From an uncultured virus (IMG/VR IMGVR_UViG_3300025816_000007) (taxonomy: Duplodnaviria > Heunggongvirae > Uroviricota > Caudoviricetes): 62,951 nt of DNA. Below the pieces are notes generated by a model. It was not told the DNA's origin, ran no database searches, and saw only the letters and a list, made by a program, of their open reading frames with translations. A program made the position numbers and the translations under genes. Shown piece after piece: positions 29,950 to 39,444 of the stretch (position 1 is its first letter; each line of letters begins with the position of its first letter). The stretch lies in the IMG/VR virus record IMGVR_UViG_3300025816_000007; one strand, written 5' to 3'.

Positions 29950-30177
29950 TCAATATCTTTCACTAATGTTTTCGGCTACCCAGTGCCCAATACCATTACC
30001 GTTTTTGTCACTTACTAGACCACCAAAACCTTCTTTTGGCCTCTTTCCTTCTTCCAAATCGCTCCAAGCCACCTTGATTTTATCAATAAGCTCTAGCAAT
30101 ATCCTTTCTGTTTCTGGAACAGGCGTTCCATCAAACGCTGCATTATCTATCTGAAACTGTATCCTTATCTGCGCCAT
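29950..30177 (-). CDS. Hypothetical protein (DNAAF...DKNGNGIG)
   Basis: ORF motif to motif. Confidence 0.65.
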   Translation of the reverse strand: MAQIRIQFQIDNAAFDGTPVPETERILLELIDKIKVAWSDLEEGKRPKEGFGGLVSDKNGNGIGHWVAENISERY

Positions 30178-30179
30178 GT

Positions 30180-30380
30180 TTAATCTTCTTTTACATCTTC
30201 AAAGAACATAAAGCCAGGTCCGTTTCCTTCTTGGTCCCGAGAAACAACCATTTGGTGTGTTTCTCCATCTTTTTCCACTATGAAAACAGGCCATGAGTCT
30301 ATTCCCTCATCGTCCATTTTGAATCCAACAATTTTGAATCCAACCATCTGTTTGTAATACTCCTCTAAGTTAAAGCCCAT
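30180..30380 (-). CDS. Hypothetical protein (SRDQEGNGPGF)
   Basis: ORF motif to motif. Confidence 0.65.
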   Translation of the reverse strand: MGFNLEEYYKQMVGFKIVGFKMDDEGIDSWPVFIVEKDGETHQMVVSRDQEGNGPGFMFFEDVKED

Positions 30381-30382
30381 GT

Positions 30383-30655
30383 TCAATCATTTCCTTTATA
30401 CCAATGGCTTGCGTAGCGGTGCCCTTGTTCGTGCAATTCTTTTGCACAAGTCGTTGCATTGTGAAATCCTAAGTTTTTCCACCACGACATTCCTAGCATC
30501 GGTCTTGGAACGCAAGTGCCACAAGGACAACCTGTGTTCAAGTGTATGCCTGCGACTTCATGTTGCTCGTAAAGAAACTTCACAAGTTCTTTCACATCTT
30601 TGAGTTCCCCATTTTGGAACATTTCATATTGCTCTTTTACTTCATGCCATTCCAT
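30383..30655 (-). CDS. Hypothetical Cys/His protein
   Basis: ORF motif to motif. Confidence 0.6.
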   Translation of the reverse strand: MEWHEVKEQYEMFQNGELKDVKELVKFLYEQHEVAGIHLNTGCPCGTCVPRPMLGMSWWKNLGFHNATTCAKELHEQGHRYASHWYKGND

Positions 30656-30721
30656 GTTTAATACAATCAAATATGCCATCGCCACCTTAACCTCTTTGAG
30701 TCATTCGGTCAATACTCATGT

Positions 30722-31060
30722 TCAATCGCCTATACCAAACCGGTCCAATTCTGTTTGAAGAACCGTTCTCGCTCGATATCGGTTTACATATCCAGTAATG
30801 TGTTTCGATGTAGTTGAAGAGAAATATTGATCTGTTTTGAAGAATCCATATTCGTCTTCACCTGCAACTGGAGTCTTATACGAAAATAATATCCTAACTC
30901 CGTTTTTGTAAACTACTTCTCTTTTGTTTCCTTTCGTTGTAACCTCGTTATAGTGCGTTAGAAAGTTAATGCAATCTATTTCTCTTGCAGTACACTCGCC
31001 CCAAGGCACATGTATCCTACCTGTAGCTTCTAAAATAACTCTCTTGAGTTTATCATCCAT
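30722..31060 (-). CDS. Phage-type hypothetical (FSYKTPVA...FSSTTSKHI)
   Basis: ORF motif to motif; pattern common in phages. Confidence 0.65.
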   Translation of the reverse strand: MDDKLKRVILEATGRIHVPWGECTAREIDCINFLTHYNEVTTKGNKREVVYKNGVRILFSYKTPVAGEDEYGFFKTDQYFSSTTSKHITGYVNRYRARTVLQTELDRFGIGD

Positions 31061-31066
31061 GTTTAA

Positions 31067-31240
31067 TTAGTCAAGTGATTCTAAGTCTCGCACGAAAAAA
31101 CATGGATTTTTTCTAAATATCCATCTTTCCGGTTCGTCAAGTTTCACAACATACCGAATGATGCGATTTAGTTCATTTTCTTTCCTTAGTACTGTGCCTT
31201 CTCCAAAAACTGTATTTACACGTTTTCCGATGTAATTCAT
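31067..31240 (-). CDS. Small protein, 57 aa
   Basis: Hand-translated MNYIGKRVNTVFGEGTV... between motifs. Confidence 0.6.
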   Translation of the reverse strand: MNYIGKRVNTVFGEGTVLRKENELNRIIRYVVKLDEPERWIFRKNPCFFVRDLESLD

Positions 31241-31246
31241 GTTAAA

Positions 31247-32086
31247 TCAAAGGACTTCGACTTCCTTTGGAAAATTATGACCCTCCCCTATTCTGTGAAG
31301 GGTTTCTTTTCTATCTCTTCTATTATCTCCAATCGCCCATGCATATACATGGTTTCCTGGATGCCTAATCTTAGGCAATGACTTTTTTGCCCGAATGCAA
31401 AATTCTTTCCATGTCTCGCTACCTTCTTTAGCTGGAACTCCAGTATCTAGCACTTTTTGGTAAGCATAACTTTCGCCTTTGTCTGCGACTATTTTTCGCC
31501 AAGTCCTATCGGGAATTATATTTCCGTCAAAACCACTAACTTTGGTTCTTTTTGTTGTCCTACCAAGATAATTTCCATTATGTGCTTGATAAATTGTACC
31601 TACGTGTCCAGGCATTACTATTTCTCCACCAGAATTTACCCTCACTAATGGATCCGATGTAGCCATAACCGAATCAACCATTGATGTCTTCTCAGATTCA
31701 AGAAGTAAACCAAATGATTTCTTCAAAAACCATGTTTCACCGTTAGCTGGCACATCATCTAGTAATACAAATCGACCTAAATCAACTCCCTGTTCTGGTC
31801 TGCATTTCAACCAATAAGGAATAACATTCTGCGACATTGGTACTGAAAAACCTGCAACTCCGCACAGTTCATGCTCCCCATTAGAGTTATCTCGAAATAA
31901 TCCGATATCAAGCCTAGAAGCCACGTAAGACTTGCTGTAATGATGCTTCACTACGAAATCTTTAGCCTCAAACTTGTCAACTATCTTTGCAAAATATCCA
32001 TCGCCATTAATGTCAATAGGCTCACCTATTGGCCTATAACTCGAACGATGCGTTCTCCATCTTTGACAGCCTTCAATTTCTATCAT
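31247..32086 (-). CDS. Mom-like (GNAT-fold) DNA adenine-modification protein
   Basis: FVVKHHYS, LGRFVLLDDVPANGETWFL, SDP, GHVGTIYQAHNGNYLG. Confidence 0.8.
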   Translation of the reverse strand: MIEIEGCQRWRTHRSSYRPIGEPIDINGDGYFAKIVDKFEAKDFVVKHHYSKSYVASRLDIGLFRDNSNGEHELCGVAGFSVPMSQNVIPYWLKCRPEQGVDLGRFVLLDDVPANGETWFLKKSFGLLLESEKTSMVDSVMATSDPLVRVNSGGEIVMPGHVGTIYQAHNGNYLGRTTKRTKVSGFDGNIIPDRTWRKIVADKGESYAYQKVLDTGVPAKEGSETWKEFCIRAKKSLPKIRHPGNHVYAWAIGDNRRDRKETLHRIGEGHNFPKEVEVL

Positions 32087-32088
32087 GT

Positions 32089-32721
32089 TCAATTTTGTTC
32101 TTTGTCAATTACTGCTTGTATTCTTTCTGCGTAATCGTAATCACACCATAACCCAGGGCAGGGAAGTTTTTCTTCACTTTCTATGTAAATCCACTTCATC
32201 AACCTGCTTCCTAAGCTGGCATAATATTCGCGTAGCCACTTATCTGATTTGTTAACCATTTCTTTTTCATATTTCAGAATCAGTTTTTTCAGTTCATCTT
32301 TTGTCAATGACCGATCCACCCATTCTCCTCCGACCATGCCTACGCAAACTTTGTAAGTCTTGAGATAGTCTGCTATGAGTTCCCCAAATGATTCTTCCAT
32401 TGCTTCTGCTTCAGAGCCACCTTTAGCCCAATATATTGCGTTTGAAAGCGAATCCCAAACATAATGCGACAACGAATTAGCATCATTGTTAAACTCATCA
32501 ATTGCGCCCATCAGGAAACCCCCTTTCCAAACAGTAAAAGGCTTACTAAACCATCTATCAAACCAGGCTCCGATATGTTTGCCTCCGTCGATTTCGTACA
32601 ATGCATCTTGCATGTATTCAACTCGATTCATATTCATTTCCGTCAGTACATTTTGCATGTATTTTTCGCTATGCAAAATCTTATCCGTCTTCTTTACCTT
32701 GAAGTGTTCTCCATTTACCAT
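32089..32721 (-). CDS. Hypothetical protein
   Basis: ORF motif to motif. Confidence 0.7.
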   Translation of the reverse strand: MVNGEHFKVKKTDKILHSEKYMQNVLTEMNMNRVEYMQDALYEIDGGKHIGAWFDRWFSKPFTVWKGGFLMGAIDEFNNDANSLSHYVWDSLSNAIYWAKGGSEAEAMEESFGELIADYLKTYKVCVGMVGGEWVDRSLTKDELKKLILKYEKEMVNKSDKWLREYYASLGSRLMKWIYIESEEKLPCPGLWCDYDYAERIQAVIDKEQN

Positions 32722-32723
32722 GT

Positions 32724-33074
32724 TCAATTTTTGCATGTGTAGCAGTCATCATCGATGCCGTAGAATTCTTCACATACCTCGCAATTATAAAATTCGACAA
32801 AATATACATCAATAACTGATTCTTTTTCGTCGTCTAGATGTTGAGAGGCTATACTTTCAAGTGCCTCTAAATCCTTTTCAAATTCTATTCTTGATTCATC
32901 ATCATAGAATGCGTCAAAATCTCGACATCCGAAACCGAATCCTGAACCGTCATATTCCCATGTATTTCTGATTTTAGATTCAATTATTTCTGGGTCGTGC
33001 CCTGCATCGATTACTTTCTGCCAATTCCAATCTACACAAAGTCTCCTGTGCAATTCTTTTTCTTTCTTGTTCAT
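32724..33074 (-). CDS. Hypothetical protein with C-terminal Cys cluster
   Basis: ORF motif to motif. Confidence 0.65.
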   Translation of the reverse strand: MNKKEKELHRRLCVDWNWQKVIDAGHDPEIIESKIRNTWEYDGSGFGFGCRDFDAFYDDESRIEFEKDLEALESIASQHLDDEKESVIDVYFVEFYNCEVCEEFYGIDDDCYTCKN

Positions 33075-33099
33075 GTTCAATATAATCAACACCAGGGTT

Positions 33100-33969
33100 T
33101 CAAACCCAAAGCGCATTTCCATTTGATGATGCGGCTCTTACTGCTGCTGCTGCTGCACTAGGAGAGTTGAAAGTTACATTGGTTATGAAAACCAACTTGT
33201 TGCCATCTTCCTCTAAGACTCCTTCATCAATCAATTTCTTTCTAGATTCTACTTGGCTCCTTCTCCAAGATGGTCTCGGCTCATTGTTAGCTGTTGAACC
33301 AGCTAAAACAACGAACTTGTTATCTTCGAGCTTTCGCCCAAAGGCTTCGACTCCGTTCTTCAATTTCAACTTCAAAACTTCTCTATCGAATGTTTCTTCC
33401 GTCAACCAATTTCCGCTTCTATTGCACATTCTAAGCACTTGCAATCCAATTCCTTTCCATGCTTGTGAAAATACTACTGATATTGATGCTTGCCTAGATG
33501 CTCCGCCTGCTCTTTGATTAGGACCTGTAAAATCAAGCCTACCTCTAAAGAATACTAAATGCGATGCTCTAGGAAATATTGTATCATGCCAATAATAGTT
33601 CGAAGTGTACCCAGGTATTAACATAACAACTGTTTCTGCAATACCTGATTTCACCGACTTCCATGCCTTTTCAACCCAATCTTTGATTGTGGTTTTATCT
33701 TCTTGCCTCACGTAAGGTGGATTACACCAAACCTTACCTTTCCAATCTTGTTCCAAGGAATTTACTTCTTTGTCATAAAATTTTTCGGTCAAGGCGTTTT
33801 CTTTACTAGCTGCAGCATCAAGTGTGAATGGTCCGAACTTCTCATCTAACGATCTAAATACCGCTTCCGGCGTTCTGAAATCATTTTTGTCACTCAATGG
33901 CATCTTGTTATTTTTATTCCAATTCTGAAAATCTCTTCTTCTTTCTTCCTCTTCATCGTCCTTTACCAT
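33100..33969 (-). CDS. Phage Dam-type N6-adenine MTase fused to DUF4357-like domain
   Basis: FRTP, FTLDAAAS, WCNPPY, RGRLDF; C-terminal FVVLAGS...FNSPSAAA..SNG. Confidence 0.85.
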   Translation of the reverse strand: MVKDDEEEERRRDFQNWNKNNKMPLSDKNDFRTPEAVFRSLDEKFGPFTLDAAASKENALTEKFYDKEVNSLEQDWKGKVWCNPPYVRQEDKTTIKDWVEKAWKSVKSGIAETVVMLIPGYTSNYYWHDTIFPRASHLVFFRGRLDFTGPNQRAGGASRQASISVVFSQAWKGIGLQVLRMCNRSGNWLTEETFDREVLKLKLKNGVEAFGRKLEDNKFVVLAGSTANNEPRPSWRRSQVESRKKLIDEGVLEEDGNKLVFITNVTFNSPSAAAAAVRAASSNGNALWV

Positions 33970-33971
33970 GT

Positions 33972-34685
33972 TCAATCAGCACCAAACCTCTCTTTAATGC
34001 CTATTCTCAAATTGCTCATCCCTTCGCTATTTTCATCTTCAATCCATCTAATCATGTGGCTTAACCTTTCACCATCAAGCATATCAATCAAAGAAAGGAT
34101 TTCCTCATCGGTTAATTTACCGTCTTTCCATCTCTCATAAAGAATCTCAACATCATCTTCATCTTCAAACAATTGCTCTAAATTAGAATCGGCACCAGCC
34201 GCAGACCACCAATTATCACAAATCTTTCTATCACACGGCTCGTAAATCTCCCAGCCTTGCCCATAAGGACCAGCCCTCTTTCTTAACTCATCAACAAATT
34301 TGTCTGCTGCCTTCACTGTATTGAAAACAAAGGTGTTGGAATAGTATTGATTACCATTCTCAACCAAAACAGTCCAAATTCCATCTGTAACGATGTTATG
34401 GGTCCTGTGTGCCTTCAACCAAGCGTGGGCTTTTCGTAGCTTGTCTGCCCTATCTGCCCACAATAAGTCTGATTCGTAATCATTCAATACCGTAGTTCCA
34501 TCAGCGTATTCTTTTGTTTTTTCAATACAATTTTCTAACGCTTCTTCTAAACTACAATCTGCTAAATCTTCGCATCCATACGCAAGTTCTTCAACGATAT
34601 TCAATACATCATCAAATGAATTGACATTTGCAGGTTTGTAATCCCACTCTGTACTATCTGTCTTTATCTTTACTTCCTTGTCCAT
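33972..34685 (-). CDS. Acidic hypothetical protein
   Basis: ORF motif to motif. Confidence 0.7.
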   Translation of the reverse strand: MDKEVKIKTDSTEWDYKPANVNSFDDVLNIVEELAYGCEDLADCSLEEALENCIEKTKEYADGTTVLNDYESDLLWADRADKLRKAHAWLKAHRTHNIVTDGIWTVLVENGNQYYSNTFVFNTVKAADKFVDELRKRAGPYGQGWEIYEPCDRKICDNWWSAAGADSNLEQLFEDEDDVEILYERWKDGKLTDEEILSLIDMLDGERLSHMIRWIEDENSEGMSNLRIGIKERFGAD

Positions 34686-34687
34686 GT

Positions 34688-34816
34688 TCAATTACTTTTT
34701 TGAATGTTCTTTGTTTCCCATTCCAAACACAATTTGCATATGCATTTTTCTCGATGGGGTTTCAAACCTCTTTTGATTCTCGCATGATACGACTCATACA
34801 TGTAATTTTCATTCAT
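34688..34816 (-). CDS. Small Cys protein, 42 aa
   Basis: Hand-translated ...CICKLC...KSN*, motif to motif. Confidence 0.55.
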   Translation of the reverse strand: MNENYMYESYHARIKRGLKPHREKCICKLCLEWETKNIQKSN

Positions 34817-34958
34817 GTTAAATCACCATCTTACCGATCTACGACCAAGCTCATACATCATGTAGTAAATCCTCTCTTCCTCTTCGGTTATTCCAGCCAT
34901 GATGTATTGTTCCTGTAAAAATAGTTTGAATTCTTCTAGTGTCATTTTTCTCATTCTA

Positions 34959-35162
34959 TCAAATCCTTATTTCAGTTAGTAACTGTTTGCAGCCTGTTGC
35001 TGCACAAGTAAATATTCTCCTTGCGTATTCTTCTTGTCTCCCATTTGGAAGAACATCAATATCATCTATATCCTCTACGTGAACAAACCAAACTTTTCCG
35101 TGGTGAGCGCAGATTAGAGGATACCATAGTTTTTGAAATTCGTATCTCTTTCCCGTTGACAT
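34959..35162 (-). CDS. Small Cys/His protein
   Basis: ORF from motif ATG. Confidence 0.6.
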   Translation of the reverse strand: MSTGKRYEFQKLWYPLICAHHGKVWFVHVEDIDDIDVLPNGRQEEYARRIFTCAATGCKQLLTEIRI

Positions 35163-35164
35163 GT

Positions 35165-35377
35165 TCAATTTACTTCCAATGGTTCTGTATTTCCATTTGT
35201 TTCGAAGTGTTCAAACGCTCTTTTGTAAAGTGCGTTTATGTTTTCATCACTCGATGATAAAAAGTATTCAATCAATGGGTGTCCAAACATATTCATCACT
35301 CCACTCATTTGAACTCGATAATATTCGCCCCATATCTCTTTTGTAATCTGGTAAGGAGGCTTTAACAAATTATGCAC
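35165..35377 (-). CDS. Hypothetical protein (VQMSGVMNMFG)
   Basis: ORF ending in motif. Confidence 0.6.
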   Translation of the reverse strand: MHNLLKPPYQITKEIWGEYYRVQMSGVMNMFGHPLIEYFLSSSDENINALYKRAFEHFETNGNTEPLEVN

Positions 35378-35688
35378 CCCTCGCCTTTGTTAATTTGCTC
35401 ACTACATTCTTTACAGTAAGCCCATAATCCAAAGTCACCGTCACTCCAACACCAATACTCGTTTTCTTCATGTATTGTGTTGTCTGTGAGCCATTCTTCG
35501 ATTTCATCAACGGTATCGACAAGGTATTCGTACTCAAATTCATCACCTGGAGTCTCGCTCGGTAGTTCAACCGGTTCTCTCCAAACCCAACCCAGTTCCT
35601 CTGCGAATCGGATGATTCGACAACTGTTGTAGTAGTGCCCAAACGCTCCATCAAAATAACATCCAACTTCATATTTCTTTTTTTCCAT
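35362..35688 (-). CDS. Hypothetical protein
   Basis: ORF from motif ATG. Confidence 0.65.
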   Translation of the reverse strand: MEKKKYEVGCYFDGAFGHYYNSCRIIRFAEELGWVWREPVELPSETPGDEFEYEYLVDTVDEIEEWLTDNTIHEENEYWCWSDGDFGLWAYCKECSEQINKGEGCIIC

Positions 35689-35690
35689 GT

Positions 35691-35981
35691 TCAATCGTAC
35701 ATTTCTTTCAACCAAATGTCACTTACATTGTATTTTTTCTCGGTGTACCCGTCTTCATCATGCGTGATGAGGACTCCTTGGCCTTGAGTGCCTACTGAAA
35801 CAAACTCAACAAGACATTCTGGTGAACAAAAATACCATTCTTGTGTTTTTCTTGCGTTGTTTATGCTTCTTGTTTGTATTCTCACAGGCCTACATGTTGC
35901 CCAATCTTTTACCTCTTTACATTGACGGCATGATGGCCCCCAAAATCTTCCGTTTTCATCCGGTTTTATTCTTCCACCCAT
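35691..35981 (-). CDS. TRASH-like Zn-finger protein
   Basis: CRQC...YFCSPECL. Confidence 0.6.
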   Translation of the reverse strand: MGGRIKPDENGRFWGPSCRQCKEVKDWATCRPVRIQTRSINNARKTQEWYFCSPECLVEFVSVGTQGQGVLITHDEDGYTEKKYNVSDIWLKEMYD

Positions 35982-35983
35982 GT

Positions 35984-36178
35984 TCAATTGAGTTCTTTTT
36001 GTAGTTCTCCAATCTTTTCCTTGTATAGTTTCCTTGCCATACCCGCAGACATGCCACACCAGCCTTCAATATACTCTTCTTTTTTATGGCAATAGATATC
36101 AACTACACATTTCAATTCATTACTGTGCCTATACCAAATTACCTCTTTTGTTCCGATAAGTCCACTCTCATTTCCCAT
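35984..36178 (-). CDS. Hypothetical protein
   Basis: ORF motif to motif. Confidence 0.6.
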   Translation of the reverse strand: MGNESGLIGTKEVIWYRHSNELKCVVDIYCHKKEEYIEGWCGMSAGMARKLYKEKIGELQKELN

Positions 36179-36180
36179 GT

Positions 36181-37287
36181 TCAATTGATGTAAACTTCAA
36201 GTTCTCTAGTGGAACTCTTGATACATTCTTTTGCTTTGTTTAGTAACTTCAAATTCTGATGGTCGGTCCAATTTGTACTTGTCCAGCGTTTTTCTAGCAT
36301 TTTTGCTAATCCGTCTGGATCTCCTTCATACTCATTGTAAACCTCATTGTCCTTCTTCAATTCCCAAGCATTGTGAATACCTCGGATTTCAGTAGCTTTA
36401 CCACCTTCCAATTGTAGTACTTTTGTAAAATCTTTCAATGACATTCCGTGAAACGGATAGTCTTCATCTTTCAATCGCATTGACAGAAACTCCTGATTCC
36501 TTTGATTCATGATGTTATTCAGTTTGCTACCGCATCGAATAAATCTACCATGCGTGGTATCAAAGATTGCGAACATTTTCGCATTCAATCTCCAGCTAGT
36601 AGCATCAACCGATTTGGCACCCAGCAAAGCCGCTAAAGGTGCTGCATTCATACCGCCTGCCCCTAACAAAAACACTTCTTGCCTGTCTAAGTCCGGCATG
36701 ATTTCAAATATCCTTTCCCAAATCACATTTCTCGGAATAACAGAGGCTTTTTGGCCTCTTAGTTTACCATTTTTTATTCTCCCCATTACTGGAACTGTCG
36801 ACTGAGATAAATTAGAACCAACTGCAACCATTTTTTCACTATTCAAACCATACATGTCTCTGTGATTAAATATCTCCTCGACAGTTTGCCCGTGTAATAC
36901 AGGTATTGTTTGCTTAATCTGTGATTGCATTCGGTCATACCATTCAACGCTAATCATTTGCCGCCGAATAACCTCATTCTTTTTCATATCAACTCCAGTG
37001 GGAATCGGAAAATCAGCAGACATAATCGTGTCATGCCTTCCAAACCCAATTCGTTTGTGATTGTTAATCAGTTCATCTACATCAAAAGTTTCAGCTAGTT
37101 CCGGTTGCCCTAAGAACTGGAAACCTCCAGAATCTTTTGCAACCTTTGTTTTTGCTTCAAACGTGTCCTCGTGCCAGTCATCGGGTAAATCCCCTCTAAC
37201 TGTTACTAGAACTGCGTCATTGATTTTGTCTATCTTTACTTTCGATTTCTCTATCATATCAATATCTTCTGACATATAGTTCAACAT
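36181..37287 (-). CDS. TGT/DpdA-like guanine transglycosylase-family protein
   Basis: DSGGFQ, ADFPIP, IPVLHG, FLLG, SVDATSW, HNAW. Confidence 0.75.
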   Translation of the reverse strand: MLNYMSEDIDMIEKSKVKIDKINDAVLVTVRGDLPDDWHEDTFEAKTKVAKDSGGFQFLGQPELAETFDVDELINNHKRIGFGRHDTIMSADFPIPTGVDMKKNEVIRRQMISVEWYDRMQSQIKQTIPVLHGQTVEEIFNHRDMYGLNSEKMVAVGSNLSQSTVPVMGRIKNGKLRGQKASVIPRNVIWERIFEIMPDLDRQEVFLLGAGGMNAAPLAALLGAKSVDATSWRLNAKMFAIFDTTHGRFIRCGSKLNNIMNQRNQEFLSMRLKDEDYPFHGMSLKDFTKVLQLEGGKATEIRGIHNAWELKKDNEVYNEYEGDPDGLAKMLEKRWTSTNWTDHQNLKLLNKAKECIKSSTRELEVYIN

Positions 37288-37289
37288 GT

Positions 37290-37760
37290 TCAATCTTGCT
37301 CATCGGCTAATTCCCAACAGTAACAAGGAGATCCAAATACTTCGATTTTTTCTCCATCAATCGTTTCTGCTTCGCATAATTGCCAGATTATTTCCGGTGA
37401 GAAAATTCCGTATTCAGTCCTAACGAATCCGTCTTCTTCTTCATCGTCTTCAAAGTTATCATCATCAAATTTACAATTTTGTTCATCATAAATCCAAAGT
37501 TCATGCTCTTGATTTTCTTCGTTGAACTTCAATTCCCATTTATCGCCAGCACCAATCTTAAAATATTCGTCTTGTTCAGGCAACCATGCTTTTACTTGTT
37601 CAACGGTAAATGCAGGACATTCCCAACCGTTCCAAGTGTTATATCTTGTTCTTTCTTCATCTTTTGCCCTGTTGATGTAACCTTCTAGTTCACCACCAGC
37701 GCAATGTATCATTACTTTACGATATTTTCCTTGTAGTATAATTTTTTCTCGTTTTCCCAT
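37290..37760 (-). CDS. Hypothetical protein (WNGWECPAFT)
   Basis: ORF motif to motif. Confidence 0.7.
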   Translation of the reverse strand: MGKREKIILQGKYRKVMIHCAGGELEGYINRAKDEERTRYNTWNGWECPAFTVEQVKAWLPEQDEYFKIGAGDKWELKFNEENQEHELWIYDEQNCKFDDDNFEDDEEEDGFVRTEYGIFSPEIIWQLCEAETIDGEKIEVFGSPCYCWELADEQD

Positions 37761-37762
37761 GT

Positions 37763-38182
37763 TTAATCATATGTTGCTCTAATCGAGGATGCCATAATTT
37801 TCATAATATCTTCATCAGAAAAACCATTCTCGTGATTCCATTTTCTAGCTAATTTATCAGCCCTCTCATTTGCAAGAACCATGTCAATTTCGCCCTTTTT
37901 GTTTGTAAAGTGTTCAAACATCGCCAAATACCAAGGTGCTTGTAACTTACCCGGATTACCTATCATTGGATAATAACCTGGTTTGTTTTCCTTTACGATG
38001 CACCAAATAATTCCATGCTCATTGGAAACGTGTCCATTCCAAGCAATCCATCTTTCGGCTTGTTCCGTAATTTCATTCAATTGGCCGTATCTTTTTTCAA
38101 GGTCAATGTAATCAACTCCTTCATCCATTTCATTAAGCCTTTTTCCAAATTCTTTTCCATCAACTCTGTCTTCCTTACCCAT
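37763..38182 (-). CDS. Hypothetical protein
   Basis: ORF motif to motif. Confidence 0.7.
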   Translation of the reverse strand: MGKEDRVDGKEFGKRLNEMDEGVDYIDLEKRYGQLNEITEQAERWIAWNGHVSNEHGIIWCIVKENKPGYYPMIGNPGKLQAPWYLAMFEHFTNKKGEIDMVLANERADKLARKWNHENGFSDEDIMKIMASSIRATYD

Positions 38183-38189
38183 GTTAAAT

Positions 38190-38627
38190 TCATTCTATGA
38201 AGAATTTGTTTCGGTCTTGCCGGTAAACGGTTGATGAACCGTTTTCAGTGATAACCGTACAAATTTTTCCTTCATCGTGAAAATCAATCATGCTTTGAAT
38301 TTCACGATTGTAGTTTTCTTTACCATCGCAAGTCACTAACGACCAATCGCCCTCTGCATAATTTAGTGTCTGCAGTTTTATTGGATTGACCCATACTCCA
38401 TAGTAAGGAGCATCTTGTCTTGTATCAAATTGTAGCCAACCTTCTTTTGCTCGATTGTCTGCAAAATCAATAACATATCTTTCTTCTTCATTATGATATG
38501 AGTCAAGGAAAGCCCTTTGGATTTTCCTTCCTTCTTTTGGGATAATGTTTCCATTATCACCCATAACCCCAACATCTTTCTTTTCAGACTTCTCAAATAA
38601 CTTCTCCAAAAATACATTTATCTCCAT
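38190..38627 (-). CDS. Hypothetical protein (QFDTRQDAPYYGVWVNP..YAEGD)
   Basis: ORF from motif ATG. Confidence 0.7.
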   Translation of the reverse strand: MEINVFLEKLFEKSEKKDVGVMGDNGNIIPKEGRKIQRAFLDSYHNEEERYVIDFADNRAKEGWLQFDTRQDAPYYGVWVNPIKLQTLNYAEGDWSLVTCDGKENYNREIQSMIDFHDEGKICTVITENGSSTVYRQDRNKFFIE

Positions 38628-38633
38628 GTTCAA

Positions 38634-38975
38634 TCATTGTACCTCCAATTCCCTAATACTCATTGCGTGATGTTCATTTCCTGAAAACACCACACCGTCT
38701 GTGTCGCACTTGCAACCAGGGCAATGTTTTGTGTTGTGTAATACATCAAAAAACCAGTCTGCATCAGCACCTGTTGGTATTTTTCCATGATAATTCCATT
38801 CGTAAAATTGCCTATCTCTAGGGTCTTTACTATTACCGTGATAACGCATCAATTGTTTCCATTGGTTTTCAAGATGCCATGCTAAATGCTTCCTAGCTTT
38901 CTTTAGACTGGAAAATATCTCTACATTATTTCCTTCGTAATGTTCTTCTTCAACTACAAATACTGTTTTTCCCAT
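38634..38975 (-). CDS. Hypothetical protein
   Basis: ORF from motif ATG. Confidence 0.65.
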   Translation of the reverse strand: MGKTVFVVEEEHYEGNNVEIFSSLKKARKHLAWHLENQWKQLMRYHGNSKDPRDRQFYEWNYHGKIPTGADADWFFDVLHNTKHCPGCKCDTDGVVFSGNEHHAMSIRELEVQ

Positions 38976-38981
38976 GTTTAA

Positions 38982-39239
38982 TTATTGCAACCAAGCGTTT
39001 GCTAATATGTCATAACAACCTCTATCGAATTCCCACGTAGTTGTTGCGTAATCAAATGCCCAAAGAACTGTCTCTTTGCACATATCAATTCCATCTTCGT
39101 AGTCACTCACTAGCTGCTTTGCAACGAATATTGAGTAAGTCCAATCTTTGAAACCCGTTAGATCCATAAATGTTACAGCATCTAATTTCCCAATATCTAA
39201 TTTCCTAATTTCCTCTATTGTTTTACAACCATTTCTCAT
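38982..39239 (-). CDS. Hypothetical protein
   Basis: ORF from motif ATG. Confidence 0.6.
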   Translation of the reverse strand: MRNGCKTIEEIRKLDIGKLDAVTFMDLTGFKDWTYSIFVAKQLVSDYEDGIDMCKETVLWAFDYATTTWEFDRGCYDILANAWLQ

Positions 39240-39247
39240 GTTTAATT

Positions 39248-39388
39248 CTATCTTTGCCACAATATACCTGTGTGCTTGTAATCACATTTGTTGCATTCGC
39301 TGGTTCCAAACAGGACCGAACCTGTGCTATCATGTCTTCTTGTATGACTTAATTTACCATCACATTTGCTACAATCGTTTTTATCCAT
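39248..39388 (-). CDS. Zinc-ribbon protein, 46 aa
   Basis: Hand-translated MDKNDCSKC...ECNKC. Confidence 0.6.
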   Translation of the reverse strand: MDKNDCSKCDGKLSHTRRHDSTGSVLFGTSECNKCDYKHTGILWQR

Positions 39389-39444
39389 GTTAAATTCACT
39401 TAGTTATGCCATCGCTACCCTAAGCTTTCTAGTTGTAAAGCAAT

